Origin: Candidatus Zixiibacteriota bacterium
GTDB taxonomy: Bacteria; Zixibacteria; MSB-5A5; GN15; FEB-12
Direction of reading: 5' to 3'
Assembly (NCBI GenBank): GCA_041742355.1
Contig: JBGSIV010000299.1
Location: forward strand, 7,912 to 71,911
DNA: 64,000 bases
Below the pieces are notes generated by a model that worked only from the letters and a program-made list of their open reading frames with translations, ran no database searches and had not been told where the DNA came from. This document shows, one piece after another, positions 55,360 through 64,000 of the stretch. The position numbers and the translations under genes were made by a program. Every line of letters begins with the position of its first letter. Position 1 is the stretch's first letter.

Positions 55360-55388
55360 CAGTGATCTACAGGGAGATATTGCGAACG

Positions 55389-55859
55389 TCAGCGAGTGTG
55401 GCTGTTGTGGTCGGTGCCGCCCGCTGTCCGGACCTCCATCTTCTTCAAATAGCCTGCCGGCGCCGCGGTGAACTTGGCCATGTTCGCTTCCGACGTGAAA
55501 TAGAGCCGTCGGCCCTCGTAGTCCGTGAAGATCTTCTTCTCGGCGAGCTTCTCGCCGCTCACGGGATCCGTAGTCTGGATATTCTCGTACAGAATTCCCG
55601 CTGCGGCCGCCTTTTTGAAATACAGGTCGGGGTTATTGATGAGCTTCGTCGTGCACGCTGGGCAGCAGTGATAGACCCGCTGGCCCTGAATGTCGGTGTA
55701 CGAGGTCGAGTCGATTTCTCCTCCCATTACCGGGCAGTGCGTTTGGACTTTGAGTGTCTTCGCAGTGGCGGCGTCCGCGTTCGAGTTGGCTGCCAGCCCC
55801 GTCGAGGCAGCCGCCGTAATCAAAGCAGCTGTGGCCAAAAGGTGCTTGAATCCGTTCAT
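55389..55859 (-). CDS. Secreted YHS/TRASH-type metal-binding protein (two YHS-like modules)
   Basis: ATG 55859 gives the signal peptide MNGFKHLLATAALITAAASTGLAA. Module 1: CPVMGGEID..GQRVYHCCPACTTKLINNPDLYF. Module 2: DPVSGEKLAEKKIFTDYEGRRLYFTSEANMAKF. Confidence 0.6.
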   Translation of the reverse strand: MNGFKHLLATAALITAAASTGLAANSNADAATAKTLKVQTHCPVMGGEIDSTSYTDIQGQRVYHCCPACTTKLINNPDLYFKKAAAAGILYENIQTTDPVSGEKLAEKKIFTDYEGRRLYFTSEANMAKFTAAPAGYLKKMEVRTAGGTDHNSHTR

Positions 55860-56279
55860 GGTGCTCAATTCCTTTCTATGTCGGTTTGCGATCTACGATA
55901 TTCTCTCTGGTACAACCCCATTCAATTACCGTGCCGGATGGTCCTGTATTCGGAAAGCGCTGAAAGGAAATGGGTTAAGGAGAGGGGTTGTCGAGGCCCC
56001 GGTTTCACTAGAGAATATTCTTCAGTAGTGAATAATATACTTCACTATTCGGGCGCTGTGAGAGTCCCAAAATCTGGTTCATCGCCCCTTCCGTAGCTTA
56101 TCTGCACTCTACAATCTCTTAATAAGTAACAAGTTACCAGACCTTGCTCATATCAGCTTGAGGGATCTACACTGTTTGGCACCGAATTTACTTAGACATT
56201 GACTAAGGGTGCCTACATGGAGTTTTTCAATCCCTTTTTGCCGTTTATCCGATGGCGCTCCAGACTGAAAGATACCGAC

Positions 56280-57608
56280 ATGAGCTCAATATCATACGCA
56301 ATTCGAATCCACCGTCTCTGCGTGCTTGCCCTTCTACTGGCCCTCCTTGTCGCTGTATCTGCCCGAGCACAGGATGCCCCAGCCGACACTGTGACCCTTG
56401 ACGAGGTAATCGCCGAGGTTCTCGACCGCAACGACCGGGTGACTGCCGCACGCTTTATGGAGGAGTCGGCGCAGCGCCGCATCGCGACCCAGGGGGTCTG
56501 GGACGATCCCATGCTCATGCTCGGTGTGCAGAATGCCCCGACCAATTTCGATCTCGACATGGACCCGATGACGATGACAATGATCGGTCTGAGCCAGACA
56601 ATACCCTACTCCGGTTACAACGGGCTGTTGCGGCAGTCCGCGCAGGCAGAGGCGCGCGCGGCTACTGAACAACGCCGCGCCACCGAGGTTGATCTTGTGA
56701 CTGCCGCCAGTACCGCGTACTTCGATGTTTACTTCCTCCAGCGTACTGTCAACGATCTGGAAATCCAGCACGAAATCCTGGAACAGGTAGCGGCCTCTAC
56801 CACTGCCCGCCTTCGTTCCAACCAGGCCGGACAGGATGAAGTCCTCAGCGCGCAGGCTGATATCTGGCGTCTTGAATCCACCCTCCGTTCGACCCGACAG
56901 GAACTCGATGCGGCGGTATACCAGCTTAACAGCCTGCGCGGCGCCGATGCGTCCGACGCCGTGACCCTCGCTACGGTTCCGCAGGTGGACCTTCCCGACT
57001 CGGTGTCGGCGTGGGTCGCGGCCGCTGAACAGAACTATCCCCCCTTGCGCCAGTTGCAGGAGGAAGCGGACAGCTACGCTCTGTCGGCGCGCGCCTCGCG
57101 CCGCATGGCCTGGCCGATGCTCTCGGTGGAAGCCGCCTACGGTATCCGCAGCGGTACCAGTATCGACCACACCGGCATGGAAGAAGAGCGCGACAACATG
57201 ATCAGCCTGCAGGCGAATATCTCACTGCCGATCTTCTCCCGTGCCAAGCAGCGCGCTATGGCCGGCTCGATGGAGGCTATGGGACGGAGCGCCCAGGCCG
57301 AGGCGGCCCAGTTACGTCGCGATATCCATGCCGAGCTCAACACCCTCTACCAGCGCGCCCAGCGTCTGCAACAGAGTGTGTATGCCTACCGCAACCAGAT
57401 CATCCCGGCCACCGAAGATGCCTTCCGCACTGCACTGGCGGGGTACACGGCCAACCGCACCAGCTTCACCGCGCTGTCCAATTACAGCCTCGCGCTCTAC
57501 CGCGATCGCATCACGGCCAACCAGCTCGAAAACGAACTGGCCCGCACTCTGGCCGAGGCCGACCGCTACGTGCGCGGCGCCGCCAGGTTGGACCTGGACG
57601 GTGAGTGA
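56280..57608 (+). CDS. cusC: TolC-family outer-membrane efflux factor (CusC/CzcC-like)
   Basis: ATG 56280 gives the signal peptide MSSISYAIRIHRLCVLALLLALLVAVSARA. The body has two OEP-type repeats (LDEVIAEVLDRNDRVTAAR.., LNTLYQRAQRLQQS..). The track start at 56199 is less likely. Confidence 0.82.
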   Translation: MSSISYAIRIHRLCVLALLLALLVAVSARAQDAPADTVTLDEVIAEVLDRNDRVTAARFMEESAQRRIATQGVWDDPMLMLGVQNAPTNFDLDMDPMTMTMIGLSQTIPYSGYNGLLRQSAQAEARAATEQRRATEVDLVTAASTAYFDVYFLQRTVNDLEIQHEILEQVAASTTARLRSNQAGQDEVLSAQADIWRLESTLRSTRQELDAAVYQLNSLRGADASDAVTLATVPQVDLPDSVSAWVAAAEQNYPPLRQLQEEADSYALSARASRRMAWPMLSVEAAYGIRSGTSIDHTGMEEERDNMISLQANISLPIFSRAKQRAMAGSMEAMGRSAQAEAAQLRRDIHAELNTLYQRAQRLQQSVYAYRNQIIPATEDAFRTALAGYTANRTSFTALSNYSLALYRDRITANQLENELARTLAEADRYVRGAARLDLDGE

Positions 57609-57636
57609 GAAGTTAGCATCCAAAAGGAATACGACT

Positions 57637-59325
57637 ATGAATGACACGGTGAACCCATACGATCCGCATGATCACGAACCTCTGCCCGAGGGAGAAGAAC
57701 AGGCGCCGCCGCTCACCCACACCATGGCGATCGTGCGCTGGGTGATCCTTGGTGGAATGACCCTCTTTGCCCTGATCATGATCCTCTCCTACTTCGGCGC
57801 AACCCCCTGGTCCGGGGGAGAAGCCGGTGCCACGCAGTACCACTGCCCGATGCACCCGACCTACATCACCGCGCAGCCCGGCGACTGCCCGATCTGCGGC
57901 ATGAGCCTCGTGCCGATCAACAGCAATGTCGACGCCGACAGCGCCGCCGCGGCCGAACACGGTGACCACGCCGCCAACAGTGAGGATCTCGGCAAGGTCT
58001 CAATTGCGAAGCCGGGGCAGTACTACTGCCCGATGTGCCCTGAAGTCGCGTCCGACACGGCCAGCCGCTGCCCCATATGCAAGATGAAACTGCTCAAGTT
58101 TGAACCGGGGACGATGTTCACCTGCGACATGCACCGCGAGGTTGTCACCGACGCCCCTGGCGACTGCCCGATCTGCGGCATGGATCTCGTGCCAGTGTCC
58201 GAATCCGACGAACACGCCGAAGGAGGTCCGCAGGTCGATTCTGGAGAGAACGATGTCCCCGGCCTTGTCCCCGTCACCCTGGACCCGCAGCGCCTCCAGC
58301 TTATTGGTGTGCGCACCGGCCTGGTCGAACGCCGGACCATCGGCGACGATAAGCGCATCGTCGGGTTTGTCACGCCTGATGAAACCAGGGTCACGAACAT
58401 CACTCCGCGCGTCGGCGGCTGGGTGCAGCAGCTGTTCGTCAACCAGACCGGCCAACAGGTTTCGCGCGGCCAGGAACTCCTGACGATCTACAGTCAGGAT
58501 CTCTACCAGGCCCAGCAGGATTACCTGGTCTCGTTGCAAACCGCCTCCCGCCCCGGGACCGATTCCCTGCTGAGCGCGACCCGCGACCAAATCCTCGATG
58601 CCGCCCGCCAACGCCTCCGCCTGCTCAACATGCCGGAGAACGAAATCGAACGGCTCAAGTCCACGGGCGAGGCCCGGGCCGAACTGCCTCTAACCAGCCC
58701 CTTCGACGGTATCGTCCTGGACAAGAGCGTCCTCGCCGGTCAGTACATCGGGCCGAACCAGTCCCTTTTCACGATTGCCGACCTGCGAAAGGTGTGGGTG
58801 CTCGCCGATGTCTACGAGGCCGACCTCGCCGGCGTCAGTGCCGGTCAGGAGGCGGTAATGACCGTCACCGCTTTCCCCGGGGAAGAATTCCACGGCAAAG
58901 TAGCCTTCATCTACCCGACCGTCTCGGAGCAAACCCGCACGCTCAAGGTCCGCCTTGAATTCGACAATTCGAGTTATCGTCTGCGCCCCGGTATGTACGC
59001 CGAAGTCCGCCTGCAGGGCGGCGAAGAGTCAGTTCTCGCCGTCTCGCGCGACGCGGTCATGGACGGTAGCGACATCGACTACACGTTTGTCGTTCATGAC
59101 GGCACCCACTTCGAGCCCCGCGCGGTTGAAACCGGCCGCGCGTCCGGCAATTACGTCGAGATTCTCAGTGGCCTGTCGGAAGGGGAGAAGGTCGTGACGA
59201 GCGCCAACTTCCTCATCGATTCCGAAAGTCGTCTGCAGGCCGCCATCTCCGGTATGGGCGGTACCCAAAACGGCGCGCGGGGCGACACGACATCTGCTGA
59301 TCCCCATGCCGGGCATGGGAAGTGA
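57637..59325 (+). CDS. cusB: RND efflux periplasmic adaptor (CusB-like) carrying three N-terminal heavy-metal-binding domains
   Basis: The true start is ATG 57637, not 57241. A TM anchor is followed by YHCPMHPTYITAQPGDCPICGMSLVP, YYCPMCPEVASDTASRCPICKMKLLK and FTCDMHREVVTDAPGDCPICGMDLVP. The HlyD-like core follows (LLTIYSQDLYQAQQDY, FHGKVAFIYPTV). Confidence 0.85.
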   Translation: MNDTVNPYDPHDHEPLPEGEEQAPPLTHTMAIVRWVILGGMTLFALIMILSYFGATPWSGGEAGATQYHCPMHPTYITAQPGDCPICGMSLVPINSNVDADSAAAAEHGDHAANSEDLGKVSIAKPGQYYCPMCPEVASDTASRCPICKMKLLKFEPGTMFTCDMHREVVTDAPGDCPICGMDLVPVSESDEHAEGGPQVDSGENDVPGLVPVTLDPQRLQLIGVRTGLVERRTIGDDKRIVGFVTPDETRVTNITPRVGGWVQQLFVNQTGQQVSRGQELLTIYSQDLYQAQQDYLVSLQTASRPGTDSLLSATRDQILDAARQRLRLLNMPENEIERLKSTGEARAELPLTSPFDGIVLDKSVLAGQYIGPNQSLFTIADLRKVWVLADVYEADLAGVSAGQEAVMTVTAFPGEEFHGKVAFIYPTVSEQTRTLKVRLEFDNSSYRLRPGMYAEVRLQGGEESVLAVSRDAVMDGSDIDYTFVVHDGTHFEPRAVETGRASGNYVEILSGLSEGEKVVTSANFLIDSESRLQAAISGMGGTQNGARGDTTSADPHAGHGK

Positions 59326-59336
59326 GCTTATTGATC

Positions 59337-62300
59337 ATGATCAAAGGCATTATCGATTTCTGTGCGCGTAACCGGATGGTCGTCTTCATAGCGACCTTCT
59401 TCGCGATCGTCGGGGCCTGGTACGCGATCAACAACATTCCGCTGGACGCCATCCCGGATCTCTCCGATGTCCAGGTAATCATCTACTCCGAGTGGATGGG
59501 ACGCAGCCCCGACCTTGTCGAGGATCAGGTCACCTACCCGTTGGTCACCTCGCTGCTGGCCGCACCCGCCGTCTCCGCCGTACGGGGCTATTCGATGTTT
59601 GGGATGTCATTCGTGTACGTCATCTTCGACGAGGGCACCGACATCTACTGGGCCCGCAGTCGCGTCCTCGAATACATGCAGCAGTTGCAGGGTCGCCTCC
59701 CCGAGGGTGTCACGCCCACCCTTGGCCCCGATGCTTCCTCGGTGGGTTGGATTTACCAGTACGCGCTTGTCGATACCACCGGTCAGCAGGATCTCGCCGA
59801 AATGCGCACATTTCAGGACTTCAACCTCCGCTATGCCCTCGCTTCGGTTCCCGGTGTGGCCGAGGTTGCATCGATCGGCGGCTACCAAAAGCAGTATCAG
59901 GTCGAGGTCGACCCCGAGCGCCTCAGCGCCTACGGCCTTTCGATCGCCGACGTCACCCGGGCCATACGCCAGAGCAATGCCGATGTCGGGGGCCGCGTGG
60001 TCGAAATGACCGAACGCGAGTATTTCGTCCGGGGGCGCGGTTACATTCAGGATCTCAACGCCCTCCGCACAATCAGCCTCGGGGCGAGCCCGACTGGAAC
60101 CCCGATCCTCCTCGGCAGCATCGCAAACGTCACATATGGCCCGGAAATCCGCCGTGGTGTTGGTGAATTCGATGGTATCGGCGAGGCCGTCGGCGGCATC
60201 GTCGTCATGCGTTACGACGAAAACGCGCTCGATGTCATTTCACGTGTCAAAGCCAAGATTGAGGAACTCAAACCGACCTTCCCGGCCGGAGTCGAACTTC
60301 GCCCGGTCTACGATCGCAGTGGTCTGATCGAACGCTCGATCGCCACCCTGCGCAACAGCCTCATCGAGGAAGGCATCGTTGTTGCCCTGGTCATCATCAT
60401 CTTCCTGCTGCATTTCGGCAGTTCCCTCGTGCCGATCATCGCTCTGCCGATCGCGATCGGACTCGCGTTCATCCCGATGTATCTGCTGGGTATCAACTCC
60501 AACATTATGAGCCTCGGCGGTATTGCAATCGCCGTGGGCGCGATGGTCGATGCCTCCATTGTGCTGGTCGAGAATGCCCACAAACGTCTCGAGAAAGCGC
60601 CGCCCGGCACCAACCGAAAAGAAGTGATTATTGCCGCCGCGAAAGAGGTCGGCCCGTCGATCTTTTTTGCCCTGCTCATTATCACCATCGCCTTCCTGCC
60701 GATCTTCGCCTTGACTGGGCAGGGGGGCCGTCTCTTCAAGCCGCTCGCGTACACGAAGACCTTCGCCATGTTCTTTGCCGCCATTGTCGCGGTCACGGTC
60801 GCCCCGGCACTCATGGTGACCTTTCTCAGAGGGAAGATTCATTCCGAGTCGAAACATCCGGTCTCGCGATTTCTAATCAGGCTCTACAAGCCGTTTGTCT
60901 TCGTCGCCTTGCGCAATCCAAAAACGACTATCATGATCGGCCTCATGGCCATCCTCTCCGCGCTCCCCATGATCCCGAAAATCGGCTCCGAGTTCATGCC
61001 TCCCTTGAACGAGGGGGACATCCTCTACATGCCGACCACCTTCCCCAATATCTCCATTGAAGCGGCGAAGCAGTACATGCAGTACCAGGATCGGGTGATT
61101 CGGTCGTTCCCCGAGGTTGTCAGTGTCTACGGCAAAGCCGGCCGCGCCGAGACCGCGACCGACCCTGCGCCACTCTCCATGCTCGAAACCGTGGTGCAGC
61201 TCAAGCCGACCGACCAGTGGCGCACGATTACGCAGGAACGATGGTACTCCGACTGGATGCCCGACTGGATGAAGCCGCCATTCCGGTGGGTCTGGCCCGA
61301 GGAGCGGCGCATCACCTGGGACGAGCTGGTGGCCGAGTTCGACAAGGCGATGCAAATGCCCGGCTGGACCAACGCCTGGACCATGCCGATCAAAACCCGA
61401 ATCGACATGCTCTCCACCGGTATCCGCACGCCTATCGGTGTGAAGGTCTTCGGCAACGATCTCGACGAGATCGAACGGATCGGCATGGAACTCGAGCAGT
61501 CGCTGTCGAAGATCCCCGCCACCCGGTCGGTCTTCTCCGATCGCAACACCGGCGGTTTCTACATCGATATCATTCCCGACCGCGACGCGATCGCCCGCTA
61601 CGGGTTGACCATCCGCGACGTTCACGACGTTATCGAAACCGCAATCGGGGGAATGCCGATCGAGGTGACGGTCGAGGGGCGCAACCGCTTCACAATCAAT
61701 GTCCGCTACCCCCGTGGTCTGCGCGATAATATCGACCGCCTGCGCGAGGTGCTGGTGCCGCTGCCGGGCGGCTCCTCTGCACCCGCTTCCACAGGCGCAA
61801 TGCCCATGGGCGCGGTTCCATCGGCACAAACCGGGGGACCAATCCTCGCTTCGGATGATCCCGCCGTTGACCTCATGGCGTGGGATCAAACCGTGAGGCT
61901 CGCCCAGATGGATGACAACATGGGCGGCAATCCCTCGCGCTCCGGCGGCGCGTTTCCCGGCGGGGCGAATCAAATGGGATCCCCCATGCCGCAGGGGCAA
62001 ATGCCCCCCACCATGAACAACGGTGGCCCGGGTTCGTCTTTCACCGTTCCGCAGGGGCGTGCCTCTGTGCCCCTGGGGCAACTCGCCGAAATCAAGATCG
62101 CCAGCGGCCCGCCCATGATCCGCGATGAAAACGGCATGCTCGTCGGTTACGTCTATGTCGACATGGACCAGAACCAGCGCGATATCGGCAGCTATGTCGA
62201 CGAGGCTAAACAGGTTGTCGCCAACGAAATCGACATCCCCGCCGGCTACTACCTCAAATGGACCGGGCAGTACGAGCTGCTGGAGATCATGGCCCGGCGG

Positions 62301-62840
62301 ATGAAGATCATCATCCCGATCACGATCATCCTCGTGATCATCCTGCTCTACTTGAACTTTCGCAACTTCACCGAGACCCTCATCGTCCTCGCCTCGGTTC
62401 CCTTTGCGCTAGTCGGGTCAATCTGGTTGATGTACTTCCTCGGCTACAACTACTCGACCGCCACGCTTGTCGGTATCATCGCGTTGGTCGGTTTGGCTAC
62501 CGAAACGGGGATCGTCATGATTCTCTACCTCGACCATGCCTACGAACGGCGGAAGAAGGCCGGCAAGATCCGGGACCTCAACGATATCATCTGGGCGCAC
62601 ATGGAGGGCACCGTCATGCGCGTCCGCCCCAAACTCATGACAGTGGGTACTACGATGATCGGTCTCGTGCCGCTTCTGTGGGCGACCGGCACCGGCGCCG
62701 ATGTCATGAAGCGTATTGCCGCCCCCATGGTCGGCGGCCTCATCAGCTCGACCTTCCTGACGCTCGAGATTATCCCCGTGGTTTACACCTATTGGCGTCT
62801 CTGGCAGATCAAGCATGAAGAGAAAGAGGCCGGATCATAG
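59337..62840 (+). CDS. cusA: Heavy-metal (Cu/Ag) RND efflux pump, CusA family, with an insertion of about 100 aa
   Basis: MIKGIIDFCARNR..., PDLSDVQVIIYSEW, GTDIYWARSRVLEY. The contexts of the E. coli CusA methionine triad are conserved (LYMPTT, LSMLETV, RIDMLSTG). ATG 59337 is preferred. GTG 59322 (GTGA overlap with cusB) is an alternative. Confidence 0.9.
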   Translation: MIKGIIDFCARNRMVVFIATFFAIVGAWYAINNIPLDAIPDLSDVQVIIYSEWMGRSPDLVEDQVTYPLVTSLLAAPAVSAVRGYSMFGMSFVYVIFDEGTDIYWARSRVLEYMQQLQGRLPEGVTPTLGPDASSVGWIYQYALVDTTGQQDLAEMRTFQDFNLRYALASVPGVAEVASIGGYQKQYQVEVDPERLSAYGLSIADVTRAIRQSNADVGGRVVEMTEREYFVRGRGYIQDLNALRTISLGASPTGTPILLGSIANVTYGPEIRRGVGEFDGIGEAVGGIVVMRYDENALDVISRVKAKIEELKPTFPAGVELRPVYDRSGLIERSIATLRNSLIEEGIVVALVIIIFLLHFGSSLVPIIALPIAIGLAFIPMYLLGINSNIMSLGGIAIAVGAMVDASIVLVENAHKRLEKAPPGTNRKEVIIAAAKEVGPSIFFALLIITIAFLPIFALTGQGGRLFKPLAYTKTFAMFFAAIVAVTVAPALMVTFLRGKIHSESKHPVSRFLIRLYKPFVFVALRNPKTTIMIGLMAILSALPMIPKIGSEFMPPLNEGDILYMPTTFPNISIEAAKQYMQYQDRVIRSFPEVVSVYGKAGRAETATDPAPLSMLETVVQLKPTDQWRTITQERWYSDWMPDWMKPPFRWVWPEERRITWDELVAEFDKAMQMPGWTNAWTMPIKTRIDMLSTGIRTPIGVKVFGNDLDEIERIGMELEQSLSKIPATRSVFSDRNTGGFYIDIIPDRDAIARYGLTIRDVHDVIETAIGGMPIEVTVEGRNRFTINVRYPRGLRDNIDRLREVLVPLPGGSSAPASTGAMPMGAVPSAQTGGPILASDDPAVDLMAWDQTVRLAQMDDNMGGNPSRSGGAFPGGANQMGSPMPQGQMPPTMNNGGPGSSFTVPQGRASVPLGQLAEIKIASGPPMIRDENGMLVGYVYVDMDQNQRDIGSYVDEAKQVVANEIDIPAGYYLKWTGQYELLEIMARRMKIIIPITIILVIILLYLNFRNFTETLIVLASVPFALVGSIWLMYFLGYNYSTATLVGIIALVGLATETGIVMILYLDHAYERRKKAGKIRDLNDIIWAHMEGTVMRVRPKLMTVGTTMIGLVPLLWATGTGADVMKRIAAPMVGGLISSTFLTLEIIPVVYTYWRLWQIKHEEKEAGS

Positions 62841-62999
62841 TATCCGGCCTCGCCCGCAAGCCGTACCCGATCCTACCCATCGCTTTGCTTTAAATCAGAC
62901 CAACATTATCCAGAAAAGCCCCATTTCCCTCAAGATCCGGCGAGTATCGGCCGACTCTAGTGGCAGTCCTATGAAGCCACGGAATCAAAGGAGACAACC

Positions 63000-63602
63000 A
63001 TGAAAAACTCGTTGCTCATCGTTGCGGCCCTCCTGCTGTTTGCAGTCGCCGCTTCGGCCCAGGTATCCAGCCCGTTCAGCCTGTATGTCGGTGGCGCCGT
63101 TTCTCTGCCGCAGTCACCGGAATCCTTTTCCGAGTCCTTCAAGACCGGCTTCCACGGCTCGGTTGGTCTCGGCTACAAGCTCATGCCGTCGCTGCAACTC
63201 GTCGGCAAGGTGGAGTACCACCGGTTCGCCGTTGATTTCGGAAACACCGTGCTCGCGGCCGAGAACATTTCCGGCGGCCACAATAACGTGCTGATGTACG
63301 GCGCCGATGCCCGGTACGGGCTCAATGTCCCGGCCTTCCCGCTCAAGCCGTTCCTGCTTGGCGGCGTCGGGTTTGCCCGGCTGTCGGCGACTGAATTCGA
63401 TGGCTCCAGCGAGCTGGTCGCCAGCCTGAACGATGAGCAAACTGAATCGCAGACGAAGTTCTACTTCAATGTCGGCGGCGGCATCGAACTCTCCTCGGGG
63501 CCGCTCTTCGGTCTTTTCGCTCAGGCCCGGTACGTGTCGGTTGCCACCGACGGCGAGTCGTCCAGCTTTATCCCGATCACGCTCGGCCTGAAGTTCTTCT
63601 GA
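63000..63602 (+). CDS. Small outer-membrane beta-barrel protein (OmpW/OMP_b-brl-like)
   Basis: Signal peptide MKNSLLIVAALLLFAVAASA. Alternating beta-strand pattern, ending with a C-terminal aromatic residue (..ITLGLKFF). AAAGGAGA lies upstream. Confidence 0.7.
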   Translation: MKNSLLIVAALLLFAVAASAQVSSPFSLYVGGAVSLPQSPESFSESFKTGFHGSVGLGYKLMPSLQLVGKVEYHRFAVDFGNTVLAAENISGGHNNVLMYGADARYGLNVPAFPLKPFLLGGVGFARLSATEFDGSSELVASLNDEQTESQTKFYFNVGGGIELSSGPLFGLFAQARYVSVATDGESSSFIPITLGLKFF

Positions 63603-63627
63603 GCCTGTCCTTTTTGGCTACGAATCG

Positions 63628-63659
63628 AGCCGGGGTGATTTCACCCCGGCTTTTCGTTT
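63628..63659 (+). terminator. Rho-independent terminator
   Basis: AGCCGGGGTGA-TT-TCACCCCGGCT followed by TTTCGTTT. Confidence 0.78.
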
Positions 63660-63760
63660 GCCTCCGCCTGGGCCATTGAGCCCCTCTCAAACCTTGCCTG
63701 CCCAGAAACTTCCGTTGTATTTTGGCTCAAATGAAACAACCACGAAACGGAGAACGCCCA

Positions 63761-64000
63761 ATGACTCTTCGGTTCATTCTTTACGCCACCATCGCGGTAG
63801 CGTGCTGTGCCGGTGCCGCTATCGGCGACACTTCAGAGCAGAAGACCATTGCCACCTTCTCGATTGTTGCGCGCGACTCGGCCACCGGTGAACTCGGTGT
63901 TGCCGTCGCCTCTCGTTTTTTCGCCGTCGGATCGGTCGTCCCGTGGGCGAAGGCCGGTGTCGGCGCGGTCGCCACCCAGGCCTACGCCAATACCACATTC
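63761..64000 (+). CDS. DUF1028-family (Ntn-hydrolase fold) protein, N-terminal 80 codons (runs off the window end)
   Basis: My own translation from ATG 63761: [22 protein letters not shown]...[57 protein letters not shown]...GVAVAS...[13 protein letters not shown] is the DUF1028 N-terminal signature. Confidence 0.7.
   Translation, partial: MTLRFILYATIAVACCAGAAIGDTSEQKTIATFSIVARDSATGELGVAVASRFFAVGSVVPWAKAGVGAVATQAYANTTF

Noticed and set aside
62827-62851. Hairpin GAGGCCGGAT-CATAGT-ATCCGGCCTC spanning the cusA stop codon, considered as a terminator
   Set aside because: No U-tract follows, and the next gene (63000) is on the same strand with its own SD. It may be a stability element or mere coincidence, so it is not called a terminator.
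1-64000. CRISPR arrays, tRNA/rRNA genes, IS elements and integrons
   Set aside because: I noticed no regularly spaced direct repeats, cloverleaf-like sequences in the intergenic regions, transposase or integrase ORFs, or terminal inverted repeats. The absence is based on reading by eye, not on a scan.

Overview
GC-rich bacterial chromosomal segment. I recognised no rRNA, tRNA, CRISPR array, transposase or integrase. It holds about 40 protein-coding genes in tightly packed operons, many joined by 4-nt ATGA/GTGA overlaps. Many long antisense ORFs in the track look like high-GC artefacts. Blocks: (i) 1-4400: an Ntn-hydrolase fragment, a GT87-like membrane protein, a SAM methyltransferase and a TetR regulator. 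(ii) 5080-15506: a 12-gene redox operon, hdrC-hdrB-hdrA(N-half)-nuoE/hoxE-like-nuoF/hoxF-like-[hoxU/nuoG-N-terminal domain fused to hdrA C-half]-mvhD-mvhG-mvhA-hydrogenase endopeptidase-DnaJ-type zinc-finger protein. (iii) tamA-tamB and an OPT transporter. (iv) 24053-37624, a minus-strand six-gene operon: a 2419-aa giant surface protein with a T9SS-type C-terminal sorting domain, a beta-barrel::TPR protein, a membrane PP2C phosphatase, a STAS::RsbW-like kinase fusion, a STAS antagonist and a soluble histidine kinase. (v) A methyltransferase, a secreted tail-fibre-like protein with an S74 intramolecular-chaperone domain, and a Ser/Thr kinase with TolB-like propellers. (vi) A porin, an MCP, DUF2087, glutamate dehydrogenase, a 1064-aa sensor-like::PPDK_N ATP-grasp::nucleotidyltransferase protein and an MFS transporter. 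(vii) A YHS protein plus cusCBA with unusual metal-binding decorations, an OMP and a DUF1028 fragment. The strongest candidates for novelty are the Hdr/HoxEFU-like/Mvh composite operon with hdrA split in two by the NAD(H) module, and the giant-protein/partner-switching envelope operon. All functional calls rest on motif recognition by eye. No database search was run. The T9SS-type sorting domain suggests an FCB-superphylum-like uncultivated lineage, which is inference only.
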